The position numbers were made by a program, and so were the translations under genes. Below the pieces are notes generated by a model. The model saw only the letters and a program-made list of their open reading frames with translations. It was not told the DNA's origin and ran no database searches. 64,000 nucleotides of DNA from a virus. Numbering within the stretch: the stretch's first letter is position 1; the number at the start of each line of letters is the position of its first letter. Of this stretch, positions 10,248 through 19,661 are shown in pieces. The stretch lies in the UHGV virus genome UHGV-0021337; one strand, written 5' to 3'.

Positions 10248-10568
10248 ATGAACAATTATATGAAGAATGATTTAGCTATGTTTCACGATTACATTAGCAA
10301 CTTACAATTAGGTGATGCTATAATTCCTGTGTATCCGAAAGAACTTAGAGGAAAGATAGTTAAGATTTGGAATGGTAGATACCAGGCTATTGCTATAGTG
10401 CCTGAAAGTAGCCCGAATAAGGTTAAACTTTACTCTGCTAATGGGGCTGAAGGTCGTTTTAAGCCTGTTTATTACAAAGACGAACTTTATTCAGAAATGA
10501 CTTCTGAAGAAGCAGCAGAGTGGAAACAGTTTCTCCGTAATTACTCTAAAACATTGAAAAATAAATAA
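10248..10568 (+). CDS. hypothetical protein
   Basis: RBS aaagaggtgcgtat precedes the start. Confidence 0.45.
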   Translation: MNNYMKNDLAMFHDYISNLQLGDAIIPVYPKELRGKIVKIWNGRYQAIAIVPESSPNKVKLYSANGAEGRFKPVYYKDELYSEMTSEEAAEWKQFLRNYSKTLKNK

Positions 10569-10587
10569 TAGATACAGAGGTATAATT

Positions 10588-10815
10588 ATGTCTGAAGTAC
10601 GTTTTATAGAATGGTGTTTTATTCCAGTTCTCTTTATAGCGTCGCTTGGTAGTGGAATCTTTGCACTCATTAACTGGCAGAACGCGAGTGTAGACTGGGC
10701 TTGCCCCATTGTATTTATTCTTGGAGTTGTATCGTTGATACTCGCAGGAATGTTACTTGCTATCTGGATTATACTTTTCGCGATATGCGAGAGTGATGAT
10801 GAGGCATTAAAATGA
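10588..10815 (+). CDS. small membrane protein (2 TM)
   Basis: Two hydrophobic helices; RBS cagaggtataatt. Confidence 0.4.
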   Translation: MSEVRFIEWCFIPVLFIASLGSGIFALINWQNASVDWACPIVFILGVVSLILAGMLLAIWIILFAICESDDEALK

Positions 10816-11183
10816 GTGTGGAAACTGTAGATTTGAAAAACTATAAGCGTTTGACTAAACAAGAAAAGTTAATTGCAATAACTACTCTTAAACCTATTTA
10901 TAGCGGAAAACCTTCGGAAGATGCCTTATATAATAGACTTGCTGAATTAGAAGATAAGATTGAAGATGGAACTTTAGTTGAGTCTTCCGAAGTATTATCT
11001 CAACAGGAACTCAAAGAAATACGACAAGAAGTGATAAAAGAATTTATTCAAGAAATTTGTAAAGAGCTTTGGGATGTAAGAAGAACTCCTGACGGAAAAA
11101 AGATTCATTGCGGTGACATAACTAGTATTGACCTTTGGAGAATTGCAAAAAACAAGTTTGGTATTGAGGTGAAAAATGACTAA
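10812..11183 (+). CDS. hypothetical protein
   Basis: ATGA overlap with the upstream gene. Confidence 0.45.
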   Translation: MSVETVDLKNYKRLTKQEKLIAITTLKPIYSGKPSEDALYNRLAELEDKIEDGTLVESSEVLSQQELKEIRQEVIKEFIQEICKELWDVRRTPDGKKIHCGDITSIDLWRIAKNKFGIEVKND

Positions 11184-11327
11184 TCTTGAAAAGATAAAGA
11201 ATATGAGTCTTGAAGAGTTTGCTGAATACATTTATCGATTAGCAGATTGCAGAGAATGTCCTATCTACTGTACTAGTGGAGATTGTAAGACTGCATGGAA
11301 AGATTATCTAAACAAGGAGACAGATCT

Positions 11328-11579
11328 ATGATATATCTGGGCAATTTATCAGTGGAGCAGATTGAAAGAGAATATGACGTTGTATTCTCTGAAGAAGATA
11401 AACAATGGCTGAATGAACATCATCAAGACAACGCCGACAATATCCGGAAAGACAAGTATCATTTTTTCGATATACCAAGAATTATAGTTGCAGGCAGTGC
11501 TGAATTTGCGAAAGAACTTTACAACAGACTTACTAAATATCAATTTAACGGTCAGTTTAGGATAGGAGTGGAAGAATGA
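11328..11579 (+). CDS. hypothetical protein
   Basis: An ATG at 11328 (MIYLGNLS…) follows aaggagacagatct; the track ORF begins at 11295. Confidence 0.4.
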   Translation: MIYLGNLSVEQIEREYDVVFSEEDKQWLNEHHQDNADNIRKDKYHFFDIPRIIVAGSAEFAKELYNRLTKYQFNGQFRIGVEE

Positions 11580-11998
11580 TAAAGTGTAAATTTTATTCGA
11601 AAAAGATTATTGAAACCATGCTGGCTTTAACGATTGCCGTAATGATGATTTTTACTTTTGGTTGCAGTCAAGCAGAAACAATGAAACACAATATCCAACA
11701 GGAAGCGAACAAGTTCAATGTCTATCGAAAGATTACGTTTGTAAATCTATATACGGGGCAACTTCTTTATAGCGCGGAAGGCTATTTTTCTTTACAGACT
11801 ACATACGAAAACGATTATCAAGGGCAGCAGGAAATAGGTCTTGTATTTAACGTCGCTAAGGACAAGTATAAAATGGACTATTTCAGTATCGCCGAAAACG
11901 TATGCTATGTTATCGAGCAAACCGAAAACACTACAGGCAATCCGTATTACTGGAAAATCGTTTGGTATATAGCAATTCCCGAAAACGTAGGCGGTTAA
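11576..11998 (+). CDS. phage-encoded lipoprotein (signal peptide plus lipobox FTFGC)
   Basis: The N-terminus MIKCKFYSKKIIETMLALTIAVMMIFTFGCSQAE is a classic type II signal peptide with a lipobox Cys. The gene is CpG-rich. Confidence 0.5.
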   Translation: MIKCKFYSKKIIETMLALTIAVMMIFTFGCSQAETMKHNIQQEANKFNVYRKITFVNLYTGQLLYSAEGYFSLQTTYENDYQGQQEIGLVFNVAKDKYKMDYFSIAENVCYVIEQTENTTGNPYYWKIVWYIAIPENVGG

Positions 11999-12017
11999 AG
12001 CAAGGAATATAAAATAA

Positions 12018-12284
12018 ATGATTGAAGTTATTAAAACAGGAAATACTCGTTTTACTATGGAATGTGATAGATGTGGCTACGAGTTTACATATAACTTAAG
12101 TGACTTAAATTGTATGGACCACATAGATTGCCCGTGCTGTGGGAAATCCTTGTATCATATAGGTTATAAAAAGAATAAAAAAGCAGATTCTGGTGACGAG
12201 TTTTTCAAGATTATAAAAGCTATCCAAGAAACAGGAAAAGCAGATTTTTCAAAAATAAGTATTCCCACATATAAAATTTTGTAA
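12018..12284 (+). CDS. zinc-ribbon protein (CxxC…CPCC)
   Basis: CDRCGYEF…CMDHIDCPCCGKS. Confidence 0.45.
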   Translation: MIEVIKTGNTRFTMECDRCGYEFTYNLSDLNCMDHIDCPCCGKSLYHIGYKKNKKADSGDEFFKIIKAIQETGKADFSKISIPTYKIL

Positions 12285-12299
12285 TACGGAGAAGAAACA

Positions 12300-12773
12300 A
12301 TGACGAAAGAACAGCAGATTGAAGAAACAGGAAAGAAAAACGTAGTTAAAGAGTGCGAACAAAATAAAAGTTTATACGATTGTTCGCAAGGTGCTTTTAT
12401 GACTTCTAAAATTGGGGATTTACCTTTAACAGTTGAAGGATTAAGAAAAGCAGTTGACGAGATTACGAGACTTAATAACGTTGAAGCCGAACTGCAAGAA
12501 CTTAATATGAAATATTACAACGAAGCGAAAGATTTAAGGCGAGAATTAGCAAAAGCAGAAGCCGAAAACGAAAAGCGATTAAAGGCTAACGAAGATTTTG
12601 CAACAAAACATTGCCGTATGAAATGTGAAATTGCAAAACTGCGTGTCAAAGAGTTCGCGATAAATTTGAAAAAAGTAATACACGAAAGAGATTATGTCCA
12701 AGGATACGCGGAAATAGGTTTAATCGAAGAAATCGACGAACTACTAAAGGAGTACGAAAGTGGAAATGACTAA
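12300..12773 (+). CDS. coiled-coil hypothetical protein
   Basis: Charged heptad-like sequence; C-terminus EEIDELLKEYESGND. Confidence 0.45.
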   Translation: MTKEQQIEETGKKNVVKECEQNKSLYDCSQGAFMTSKIGDLPLTVEGLRKAVDEITRLNNVEAELQELNMKYYNEAKDLRRELAKAEAENEKRLKANEDFATKHCRMKCEIAKLRVKEFAINLKKVIHERDYVQGYAEIGLIEEIDELLKEYESGND

Positions 12774-13257
12774 TTTATATTTAGAAAGAATTGGGCTCAT
12801 AAGACCAACGATAGTTAAACGCAATAACAATGGAGAAATCGAACGACTTGAGTCAATTGGTCTTGACATAGCAAGTTTGGTCGCTTTTTGGAGGAAGTGC
12901 TTTGATTTGAACGAGCCTCTTTTCGAGAAAATTATTCTTCATTGTAAGTCGAAAGATTTTAATGCAATGGGTCAGCGAACATTGGCGACGCGCCGTAGCG
13001 TAAGAGAATTGCTCGCAGAACAGGGCGTTGAGTGTGTGATAGATGACGAGTGGTTTGAAAATCGTGAAGTTAAAAGCGAAAACGAAAGAATTGCAGTAAA
13101 GAGAGCTATTAAAGAGTTTGCGGGGAAGTTAACAGACTATGTCAATAATAAAGTAATGGAAGATTTTGACGATAGCGAAAGTGTGAAATATTATACCATT
13201 GATTTAGACGAGTTTGAAAGCAAAATCGACGAACTGTTAAAGGACTACGAGAAATGA
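12760..13257 (+). CDS. hypothetical protein, paralog-like C-terminus (…IDELLKDYEK)
   Basis: Shares the C-terminal IDELLK[ED]YE motif with the upstream gene; overlaps it. Confidence 0.45.
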   Translation: MEMTNLYLERIGLIRPTIVKRNNNGEIERLESIGLDIASLVAFWRKCFDLNEPLFEKIILHCKSKDFNAMGQRTLATRRSVRELLAEQGVECVIDDEWFENREVKSENERIAVKRAIKEFAGKLTDYVNNKVMEDFDDSESVKYYTIDLDEFESKIDELLKDYEK

Positions 13258-13394
13258 TTAACCAGAAAATAGTAGGGTGCGAACATATTGCCGATACCAT
13301 TAACGAAATAGGTGAAGATAAAATTTTGAGCATTGTTCCTATACATTCTTATGATGGTAGTTTAATTGTAATTCTTTACAAAGACAAGATATAG
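13254..13394 (+). CDS. possible small ORF (46 aa), translationally coupled
   Basis: ATGA overlap with the upstream stop (MINQKIVGCEHIADTINEIGEDKILSIVPIHSYDGSLIVILYKDKI). It is below the 60-aa threshold of the ORF track. Confidence 0.25.
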   Translation: MINQKIVGCEHIADTINEIGEDKILSIVPIHSYDGSLIVILYKDKI

Positions 13395-13480
13395 GAATTG
13401 TTAAAAACTACTGTTGATAATTCGGTTAATTCTACTCAAACACTTAACTAAAATAAAACACGCACTGTAATTTTGTATAT

Positions 13481-13517
13481 GAATTGATAACGAATTCAAC
13501 GTATCAATTCATTTTAT
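13481..13517 (+). promoter_or_regulatory. 9-bp inverted repeat GAATTGATA-N12-TATCAATTC, then T-rich tract; operator or terminator immediately upstream of nrdH/nrdD
   Basis: Read directly: gaattgata acgaattcaacg tatcaattc attttatt, 20 nt upstream of the nrdH RBS. Confidence 0.4.
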
Positions 13518-13536
13518 TGAATAAGGAGATTACATT

Positions 13537-13740
13537 ATGGATAACTTAATACTATACACAATACATTGTCCCAAATGCATAGTTCTACAAAAGAAACTTG
13601 ATGCAAAAGGACTAAACTACATCACTTGTGAAGACACGAATACTATGCAAAAACTTGGTATTAACATACTTCCTGTTTTGCAAGTTAACAACAAATTTTT
13701 ATCGTTTTCAGAAGCAGTACAATACATAGAACTACAATAA
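13537..13740 (+). CDS. nrdH: glutaredoxin-like protein NrdH (CPKC redox motif)
   Basis: A 67-aa protein with N-terminal CxxC (HCPKC), immediately upstream of nrdD. Confidence 0.6.
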   Translation: MDNLILYTIHCPKCIVLQKKLDAKGLNYITCEDTNTMQKLGINILPVLQVNNKFLSFSEAVQYIELQ

Positions 13741-13759
13741 TAAAACTAGAAGGACTAAT

Positions 13760-15688
13760 ATGAATATTGAACTTAAACTTAACACTGATTTTGAACGTTG
13801 CCTTGACGAACTTAGAAATAAGTACGGCGAAGATTTTGAAAAGATAAATGGTCTTCATCCGAGCCAGCAAGATAGTACCGAATTTTTAGCTATGTTTACA
13901 AATAATGATACGTTAGCTGATACAACTGTTGACCCGAATGCTAATGCTAATCACAGAGACATACATTCTTTTATAACAGAAAAAGGAAAGAGTCAAGATA
14001 AGTTATTTGGATTGAATAAGATATTTATTGAGATAAAGAAGAAGTGGGGTCTTAGAACCGCAAAACAATGGTTTGAAGCTGAATTTAGTAAAGCACTTTA
14101 TTTGAATGACGCTGCTAGCTGTAGTTATATTCCATACTGCTGGGCAAACGACTTAACGCGACTTGCAAAAGAAGGACTATTCTTTTTAACTAACTACAAT
14201 AATCAAGGTCCTAAACATCTTACAACATTTCTGGACGATATTATTGAGTTTGTGTCTTTTCTATCAAATAGGCAAAGTGGAGCTGTAGGACTACCTAACT
14301 TAATTGTTTGGTCATATTATTTCTGGAAAAAGGATTGCGAAACTGGTTACTATATAAAAGATAAAGATTACTATCTTAGACAGTGTTTTCAGAAGCTTAT
14401 ATATAGACTTAATCAGCCTTTCTTGAGACTTGACCAAACTGCGTTCACAAATGTCTCTATATTTGACAGACCTTACATCGAAGCATTATTTGGAGGAGTC
14501 GAATTTCCTGACGGGTCATTTGTTATTGATGAAGTAGAGGAAATAATTGCGTGTGAAAAAGTGTTCATGGAAGTTGTAAGTGAAATAAGAGCCGAATCTA
14601 TGTTTACTTTCCCTGTAATAACTGATAGTTTGCTTGTAGATAAAGATAAACATTTTGTTGACCAGGAATTTGCTAGATGGTGCTCTGACCACAATGTTAA
14701 GTGGCAGGATGCTAACTTCTTTATTAGTGAAGATGTTGGAACACTTAGTAATTGTTGTCGACTTTTAAGTTCAACTAAAAAATTGTCTGGATTCCAGAAT
14801 AGTATTGGTGGTAGTGCATTAAGTATAGGGTCATGTAGAGTTTCAACTATAAATCTTGCTCGTATAGCTTATGAATCCAAACTAAATAAGAAAAAGTATT
14901 TGCAAATTCTTGCCGACCGTGTTACACTAGATTGTAAAGCTCTTTATTCAATGCGCCACATATTAAAACGAAACATAGAAAAAGGTTTGTTGCCTAACTA
15001 TCAAGAAGGAGCTCTTGAATTAGATAAGCAGTATTGCACTGTTGGTATTTTAGGATTATACGAAGTTATGGATATGTTTGGTCTTATCAACACAGACGAA
15101 TTTGGAAATAAGTCCTACACAGACGAAGCGGTTGAATTTGCAAAAGACATATTCAAAACTATAAACGACATCAAAGATAATTTTACGGACGAATTTTCTT
15201 TCAACGTTGAGCAGATACCCGGAGAAAATACTTGTGGAGTTCTTGCAACTGCAGACAATTTATTGTATGAACAAAACAAATACTACATATACGCAAACCA
15301 GTGGCTCCCGTTGCGTGAAAAATGTACACTGCAAGAAAAATGCAGACTTAGTTCTATTTTTGACAATCTTTGTTCAGGTGGAGCAATTGCTCATATAAAC
15401 ATTGAGGGCAGATTCCCAACTAAAGACACTGCTTGGGATATGCTTAATTATATAGCGCAACAAGGAGTTATTTATTCTGCATTCAACACAAAAATAAATG
15501 TATGCAAACATAAACATGCTTTCATAGGTAGTAATACCTGTCCTAGATGCGGTGAGCCGGTTGCAGACAGGTTCACGAGAGTAGTTGGGTTCTATGTTCC
15601 GGTAACAAATTTCCAGAAGATTCGGAAAAAAGAATTCGACGAAAGAAAATGGTACAATGTGCTAAATAGCAAAGATATTATAAATTAA
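13760..15688 (+). CDS. nrdD: anaerobic ribonucleoside-triphosphate reductase (class III RNR)
   Basis: About 640 aa. The C-terminus carries the zinc ribbon CKHKH…CPRCGEP and the glycyl-radical motif TRVVGFYVP. Confidence 0.8.
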   Translation: MNIELKLNTDFERCLDELRNKYGEDFEKINGLHPSQQDSTEFLAMFTNNDTLADTTVDPNANANHRDIHSFITEKGKSQDKLFGLNKIFIEIKKKWGLRTAKQWFEAEFSKALYLNDAASCSYIPYCWANDLTRLAKEGLFFLTNYNNQGPKHLTTFLDDIIEFVSFLSNRQSGAVGLPNLIVWSYYFWKKDCETGYYIKDKDYYLRQCFQKLIYRLNQPFLRLDQTAFTNVSIFDRPYIEALFGGVEFPDGSFVIDEVEEIIACEKVFMEVVSEIRAESMFTFPVITDSLLVDKDKHFVDQEFARWCSDHNVKWQDANFFISEDVGTLSNCCRLLSSTKKLSGFQNSIGGSALSIGSCRVSTINLARIAYESKLNKKKYLQILADRVTLDCKALYSMRHILKRNIEKGLLPNYQEGALELDKQYCTVGILGLYEVMDMFGLINTDEFGNKSYTDEAVEFAKDIFKTINDIKDNFTDEFSFNVEQIPGENTCGVLATADNLLYEQNKYYIYANQWLPLREKCTLQEKCRLSSIFDNLCSGGAIAHINIEGRFPTKDTAWDMLNYIAQQGVIYSAFNTKINVCKHKHAFIGSNTCPRCGEPVADRFTRVVGFYVPVTNFQKIRKKEFDERKWYNVLNSKDIIN

Positions 15689-15776
15689 CGCAAAAAAAAA
15701 TAGGCAAGCTAAAATGCTGCTTGCCTATTTGATTGTTTTACAGGTATTTTATATAATCTATATAAGAGGTAAACTT

Positions 15777-16187
15777 ATGCGATTAACCGAAGTAAGAAAG
15801 GAAGAGGATTTATACTTTGTAGGTCCATTCTGGATAATCGGGAGTTCTTTGTCAGAAATAAACAAAGGTAACTTTAACATTCTTGCTGAAAAATTCTTAG
15901 TTAATTATAGCGGTATACCTATTCAACGAGTGTCTAAATCTGAGTTTACGCATAAAGGAATATGGGAAACACGTTATAGAAAGATATACAACAAAGAGTA
16001 CAACTATTACCCAAGAGGGAGAATAAGTTTCAAGGAAGGAAAGTGGTATCTTAACATACCTGACAAACTAGATAAAAACATTGTTGTACCAAAGATACAA
16101 AAAGAATATGATATAAAAGAATCCTTTGAGAGGATAAAAAGTACAGATCCTACAACAGGCAATCATTACTCATTTGAACTAACGTAA
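15777..16187 (+). CDS. hypothetical protein
   Basis: ATG at 15777 follows ataagaggtaaactt; the track ORF starts at 15714 within a hydrophobic read-through. Confidence 0.4.
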   Translation: MRLTEVRKEEDLYFVGPFWIIGSSLSEINKGNFNILAEKFLVNYSGIPIQRVSKSEFTHKGIWETRYRKIYNKEYNYYPRGRISFKEGKWYLNIPDKLDKNIVVPKIQKEYDIKESFERIKSTDPTTGNHYSFELT

Positions 16188-16264
16188 ATCTTATTGCTCA
16201 ACCGTGTGCTTCCCGGTTGCAACAGGTGTTACATATTCTCTTAATAATTTATATTACATAGATA

Positions 16265-16296
16265 AAGTGACTGTTTAATCCAGTCACTTTCTTTTT
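16265..16296 (+). terminator. rho-independent terminator
   Basis: Perfect 10-bp stem aaagtgactg / cagtcacttt, loop tttaat, then ctttttg. Confidence 0.85.
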
Positions 16297-16323
16297 GATT
16301 GTTATGTATAAATATAATATAAT
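16295..16323 (+). promoter_or_regulatory. sigma-A type promoter (TTGATT-17-TATAAT), second copy of the cassette
   Basis: ttgatt at 16295-16300, 17-nt spacer, tataat at 16318-16323. The identical 15-mer ttctttttgattgtt occurs at 8112-8126. Confidence 0.65.
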
Positions 16324-16347
16324 TATAGTGTAGATAGGAGGTAATAT

Positions 16348-16875
16348 ATGACTAACAAACAACTCATAGCATTTCACAAAAGATTTGCAAATGGTGAACA
16401 ACATATCGTGATTGATAGATTCGGCAAAATTGTTGAGGAAGATAGACGCTATTTCTGGCAACAGAATGCTATTTATAATCAAATAGGTCCGATGGTCGAA
16501 GTATTTTCTAAGCAGTACAGAAATACATTTAATACGGACAAAGAGTTTGAAAACGCTGTATACGGCAAAAACGGACTTGTAGCTCGACTTATTCCTTTGC
16601 AGAGAGCGTATAACGCTATTAAAAATAGAAAATACGAATTTTTGAATAGGTTTGCTACTGGGATACTTGTTGTAGAAGATGGCTCTGTAGACGTTGATGA
16701 ACTACAGGAAGAAGGGCTTGCTCCTGGCAAAGTTATAGTATATCGTCAAGGTAGTGTACCACCCACTTTACTATATGCGTCTTTGCAAGAAATAGAAGGC
16801 TTTGAAAAAGAATTGGTAACTATCCACAAAGAAATGATTGATATATTTGAAGGATTTAAGTGGTTGTATGATTAA
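16348..16875 (+). CDS. hypothetical protein
   Basis: Strong RBS taggaggtaatat. Confidence 0.45.
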   Translation: MTNKQLIAFHKRFANGEQHIVIDRFGKIVEEDRRYFWQQNAIYNQIGPMVEVFSKQYRNTFNTDKEFENAVYGKNGLVARLIPLQRAYNAIKNRKYEFLNRFATGILVVEDGSVDVDELQEEGLAPGKVIVYRQGSVPPTLLYASLQEIEGFEKELVTIHKEMIDIFEGFKWLYD

Positions 16876-17269
16876 AGCTGTTGTGTTTGTAGATGATACT
16901 CTAAATCAGTACTATCGTATTTATAAAGCTCTTGAAAAGATTATGTCTTCTAAGTGTATGCTTGAATATATAGACGCTAAATATGGATATTCCTCGAATC
17001 AAGAAGACATAGACACTGTATTAAGATGCGATTATGACGCTATCGTGATTACAAACTCGCTAATAGTTTTCAATGACTCGAGATTGAAAGTTGCTGTGTC
17101 CGAGAACATGGTGCTTAAGAACTACTATATAGTAGACCGTGAAAACTATGAGTTAAAATCCGTCGATGAACTTACACACAAAGAAGTTCGTGTGACGCAT
17201 AACTTAGAGAGTATGTACATCAATAATGCATTTGAAAATAACAATAAAGGTGGCATAAATAATGACTAA
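16868..17269 (+). CDS. hypothetical protein
   Basis: ATG at 16868 overlaps the upstream stop; the track ORF begins at 16838. Confidence 0.4.
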   Translation: MIKAVVFVDDTLNQYYRIYKALEKIMSSKCMLEYIDAKYGYSSNQEDIDTVLRCDYDAIVITNSLIVFNDSRLKVAVSENMVLKNYYIVDRENYELKSVDELTHKEVRVTHNLESMYINNAFENNNKGGINND

Positions 17270-17465
17270 ATATCCTATCAAAGAAGAATGGAATGATTAT
17301 TATCAAACTCTTGAGAATATCAGATGGTCTGGAATCACTAATATGTGGGGCGCAGCTCCTTATCTTGCAGACTACGAGAATATATCTAAGAGCTTGGCTA
17401 AAGAAGTTCTTCTTAGCTGGATTGATAACTATGATGAACTTTGTGAAAAATTTTCTTGGAGGTAA
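17262..17465 (+). CDS. hypothetical protein
   Basis: RBS aaaggtggcataaataatg. Confidence 0.4.
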   Translation: MTKYPIKEEWNDYYQTLENIRWSGITNMWGAAPYLADYENISKSLAKEVLLSWIDNYDELCEKFSWR

Positions 17466-17762
17466 ATGTATATGACATATAAAGAAATCGTAAACGCAAT
17501 TGACAAATTAAAAGTAAAATATCGAGATGTAGAAATAGCATTGAATTTAGAAGCTGAAATAGATTTCGATTTAACAGATGAAGAATTCAACAAATTATGT
17601 GATTACGCCAAACGTGTATTAGCTAGGACTGACGTAACAGAATATGCGATTGCAAAATGTATCGACGACTTACTGAATGAGGAAGACGAAACTGTAGAAA
17701 GTATTCTTAAAATGGACGTACTTCTCTTTGCAGATAAAGCGGCGCTTTGGATGGATTGGTAA
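17466..17762 (+). CDS. hypothetical protein
   Basis: RBS ttggaggtaaatg. Confidence 0.4.
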   Translation: MYMTYKEIVNAIDKLKVKYRDVEIALNLEAEIDFDLTDEEFNKLCDYAKRVLARTDVTEYAIAKCIDDLLNEEDETVESILKMDVLLFADKAALWMDW

Positions 17763-18061
17763 GTAGTATGACTGATTTAGAACACGACTTAGCCATGAGC
17801 GTTGAATGGGAGAATACTAAATTTGGAGTTGATACTGCTGCCACTGCAGAAAATCTATCTAAAATGGGTTATCAGAAGATTGTTTGGCATGATGTAAGAA
17901 AAGAATTGCCACATAGGTTGATACCAGTTTTAGGTTATAATGCGGCTTACCAAGATTTTGTAGTTGTTTCTTGGGATGGTATAGATTGGGTTGACACTGA
18001 AGAAATTTGTTATAATATAGATTATTGGACTGAATTGCCAAATATCGAAACGGAGAGGTAA
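17747..18061 (+). CDS. small protein with DUF551-like C-terminus (…IDYWTELP…)
   Basis: The C-terminal W..LP motif resembles small phage proteins often found beside methylases. The real start may be the ATG at 17768. Confidence 0.35.
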   Translation: MDGLVSSMTDLEHDLAMSVEWENTKFGVDTAATAENLSKMGYQKIVWHDVRKELPHRLIPVLGYNAAYQDFVVVSWDGIDWVDTEEICYNIDYWTELPNIETER

Positions 18062-18792
18062 TGAATTTATATAATGGTGATTGCTTAGAAATAATGCAAT
18101 CTATAAAAGATAATTCAATAGATCTTATTCTATGTGATCTCCCATACGGTTGTACGTCTTGTGCATGGGATGTAATTATACCTTTTGATAAATTATGGGA
18201 ACAATATAAAAGAATTATCAAACCCAACGGGAATATAGTTTTGTTTTCTTCTGGTTTATTTACCTATAAGTTGATAGAAAGCAATTTAAAAGACTTTAAA
18301 TACAAACTCATCTGGAAGAAAAATGTCCCTACAGGTATGAGTTCAGCTAAATATAGACCTATGAAATATTATGAAGAAATTTGTATATTCAATTTTGGTA
18401 GATCATCAACTTATAATCCTATTATGAAAGATAGGGTTGGAGTAGGTAAAGATTGTTATAATTACGACCACTACTGCAATCCAAATAATCATATCAATAT
18501 GAATAAAGTTAAGAAAAGATATGATCCGGATAAAGTTCAACCTAGTGATGTTCTTGAGTTTAATGTGGTTCCAAATAGAAATGGAAAACTTCATCCAACA
18601 CAGAAACCTGTAGAGTTAGTAGAATATTTGATAAAGACTTATTCAAATGATGGTGATGTGGTTCTTGATAATTGTATGGGAAGTGGTAGCACGGGAGTTG
18701 CTTGCATAAATACTAATAGGGATTTTATTGGTATTGAATTGGATAAAAAATATTTTGATATAGCTAAGGAGAGGCTGAATTATGACAGCTAA
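18061..18792 (+). CDS. DNA methyltransferase, beta-class (N6-adenine or N4-cytosine)
   Basis: Catalytic motif IV variant ILCDLPYG lies upstream of the AdoMet motif I (VLDNCMGSGSTGVACINTNRDFIGIELD). The order IV then I indicates a beta class. No restriction endonuclease gene is adjacent. Confidence 0.8.
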   Translation: MNLYNGDCLEIMQSIKDNSIDLILCDLPYGCTSCAWDVIIPFDKLWEQYKRIIKPNGNIVLFSSGLFTYKLIESNLKDFKYKLIWKKNVPTGMSSAKYRPMKYYEEICIFNFGRSSTYNPIMKDRVGVGKDCYNYDHYCNPNNHINMNKVKKRYDPDKVQPSDVLEFNVVPNRNGKLHPTQKPVELVEYLIKTYSNDGDVVLDNCMGSGSTGVACINTNRDFIGIELDKKYFDIAKERLNYDS

Positions 18793-19084
18793 AGAGGCGC
18801 TAAATAAAATAAATACAGTTGTAGGAACGCTAAGTCCGGTTACAGCAGATCTATGTTGTATTATACATCAAGAATTAGAAAAAGTAATATGCACTAAGTG
18901 CAAAAAATTTGTAGATTATAGTATTGAGTATAAACAAGAAAAAACAACCATTAAAGAAAAAGAAATAACGTATTTTAAGGCAGAAGCGCATTGTAAAGAG
19001 TGTGGAGCAATTGTTTGGGTGGAAGAAATTGAAGAGCAAAATATTCTTGCGCCTATTGATCAATATTGTGTGGATCAAATATGA
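18782..19084 (+). CDS. zinc-ribbon protein (2x CxxC)
   Basis: CTKCKK…CKECGA. Confidence 0.4.
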   Translation: MTAKEALNKINTVVGTLSPVTADLCCIIHQELEKVICTKCKKFVDYSIEYKQEKTTIKEKEITYFKAEAHCKECGAIVWVEEIEEQNILAPIDQYCVDQI

Positions 19085-19120
19085 ACTTACTCCCATTGAT
19101 AGATTTATTAGAGAATTAAA

Positions 19121-19558
19121 ATGGAAAATACAAGTTTAACAACAAAACAACTGTTAGAAAGATGGAAATTACTTATTGAACATAAGAATGATGATTTACC
19201 AGTAGTTCTATTAAAAGATGCTACTATTACTTATTTTGATAATAATATGGCTGAAATTAAAAAAGATGGAAATAAATATTATGGTATGGTTCCTGAAGAT
19301 CTATCAGAAGATGGTAAAACCATAAAAGTTAAAGTTAAATTTGGCACTAATATAGAAGAAGTCATCTACAATAAAAATCTTAATGAGGATCAAAATGGAA
19401 AAAGAACCGATTTTCTTCCAGCTTCTAAAGATCCAAGCGGTCCAAGGGGCTCTGAAGCATCGTCAGTAATGACAGATGGCAATGCAGAAATTTTAGAATA
19501 TAATGATGATAGTATTTTTAAAGTAGGTGAACATACCGTACACATTATTGTAAAGTAA
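19121..19558 (+). CDS. hypothetical protein
   Basis: ORF with RBS. Confidence 0.4.
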   Translation: MENTSLTTKQLLERWKLLIEHKNDDLPVVLLKDATITYFDNNMAEIKKDGNKYYGMVPEDLSEDGKTIKVKVKFGTNIEEVIYNKNLNEDQNGKRTDFLPASKDPSGPRGSEASSVMTDGNAEILEYNDDSIFKVGEHTVHIIVK

Positions 19559-19661
19559 AACAAGATCTTAGCAGATTAAAAATGGAAAATATAAATTTAA
19601 ATTTTATTTGTAATTGATATGATTTATAGTAAAGAAGAAGGCTGTTTAAAGGAGCTAATCA

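Noticed and set aside
13400-13536. NrdR box upstream of the nrd operon
   Set aside because: No match was found to the 16-bp NrdR box consensus. Only the GAATTGATA palindrome is present, and it is reported separately.
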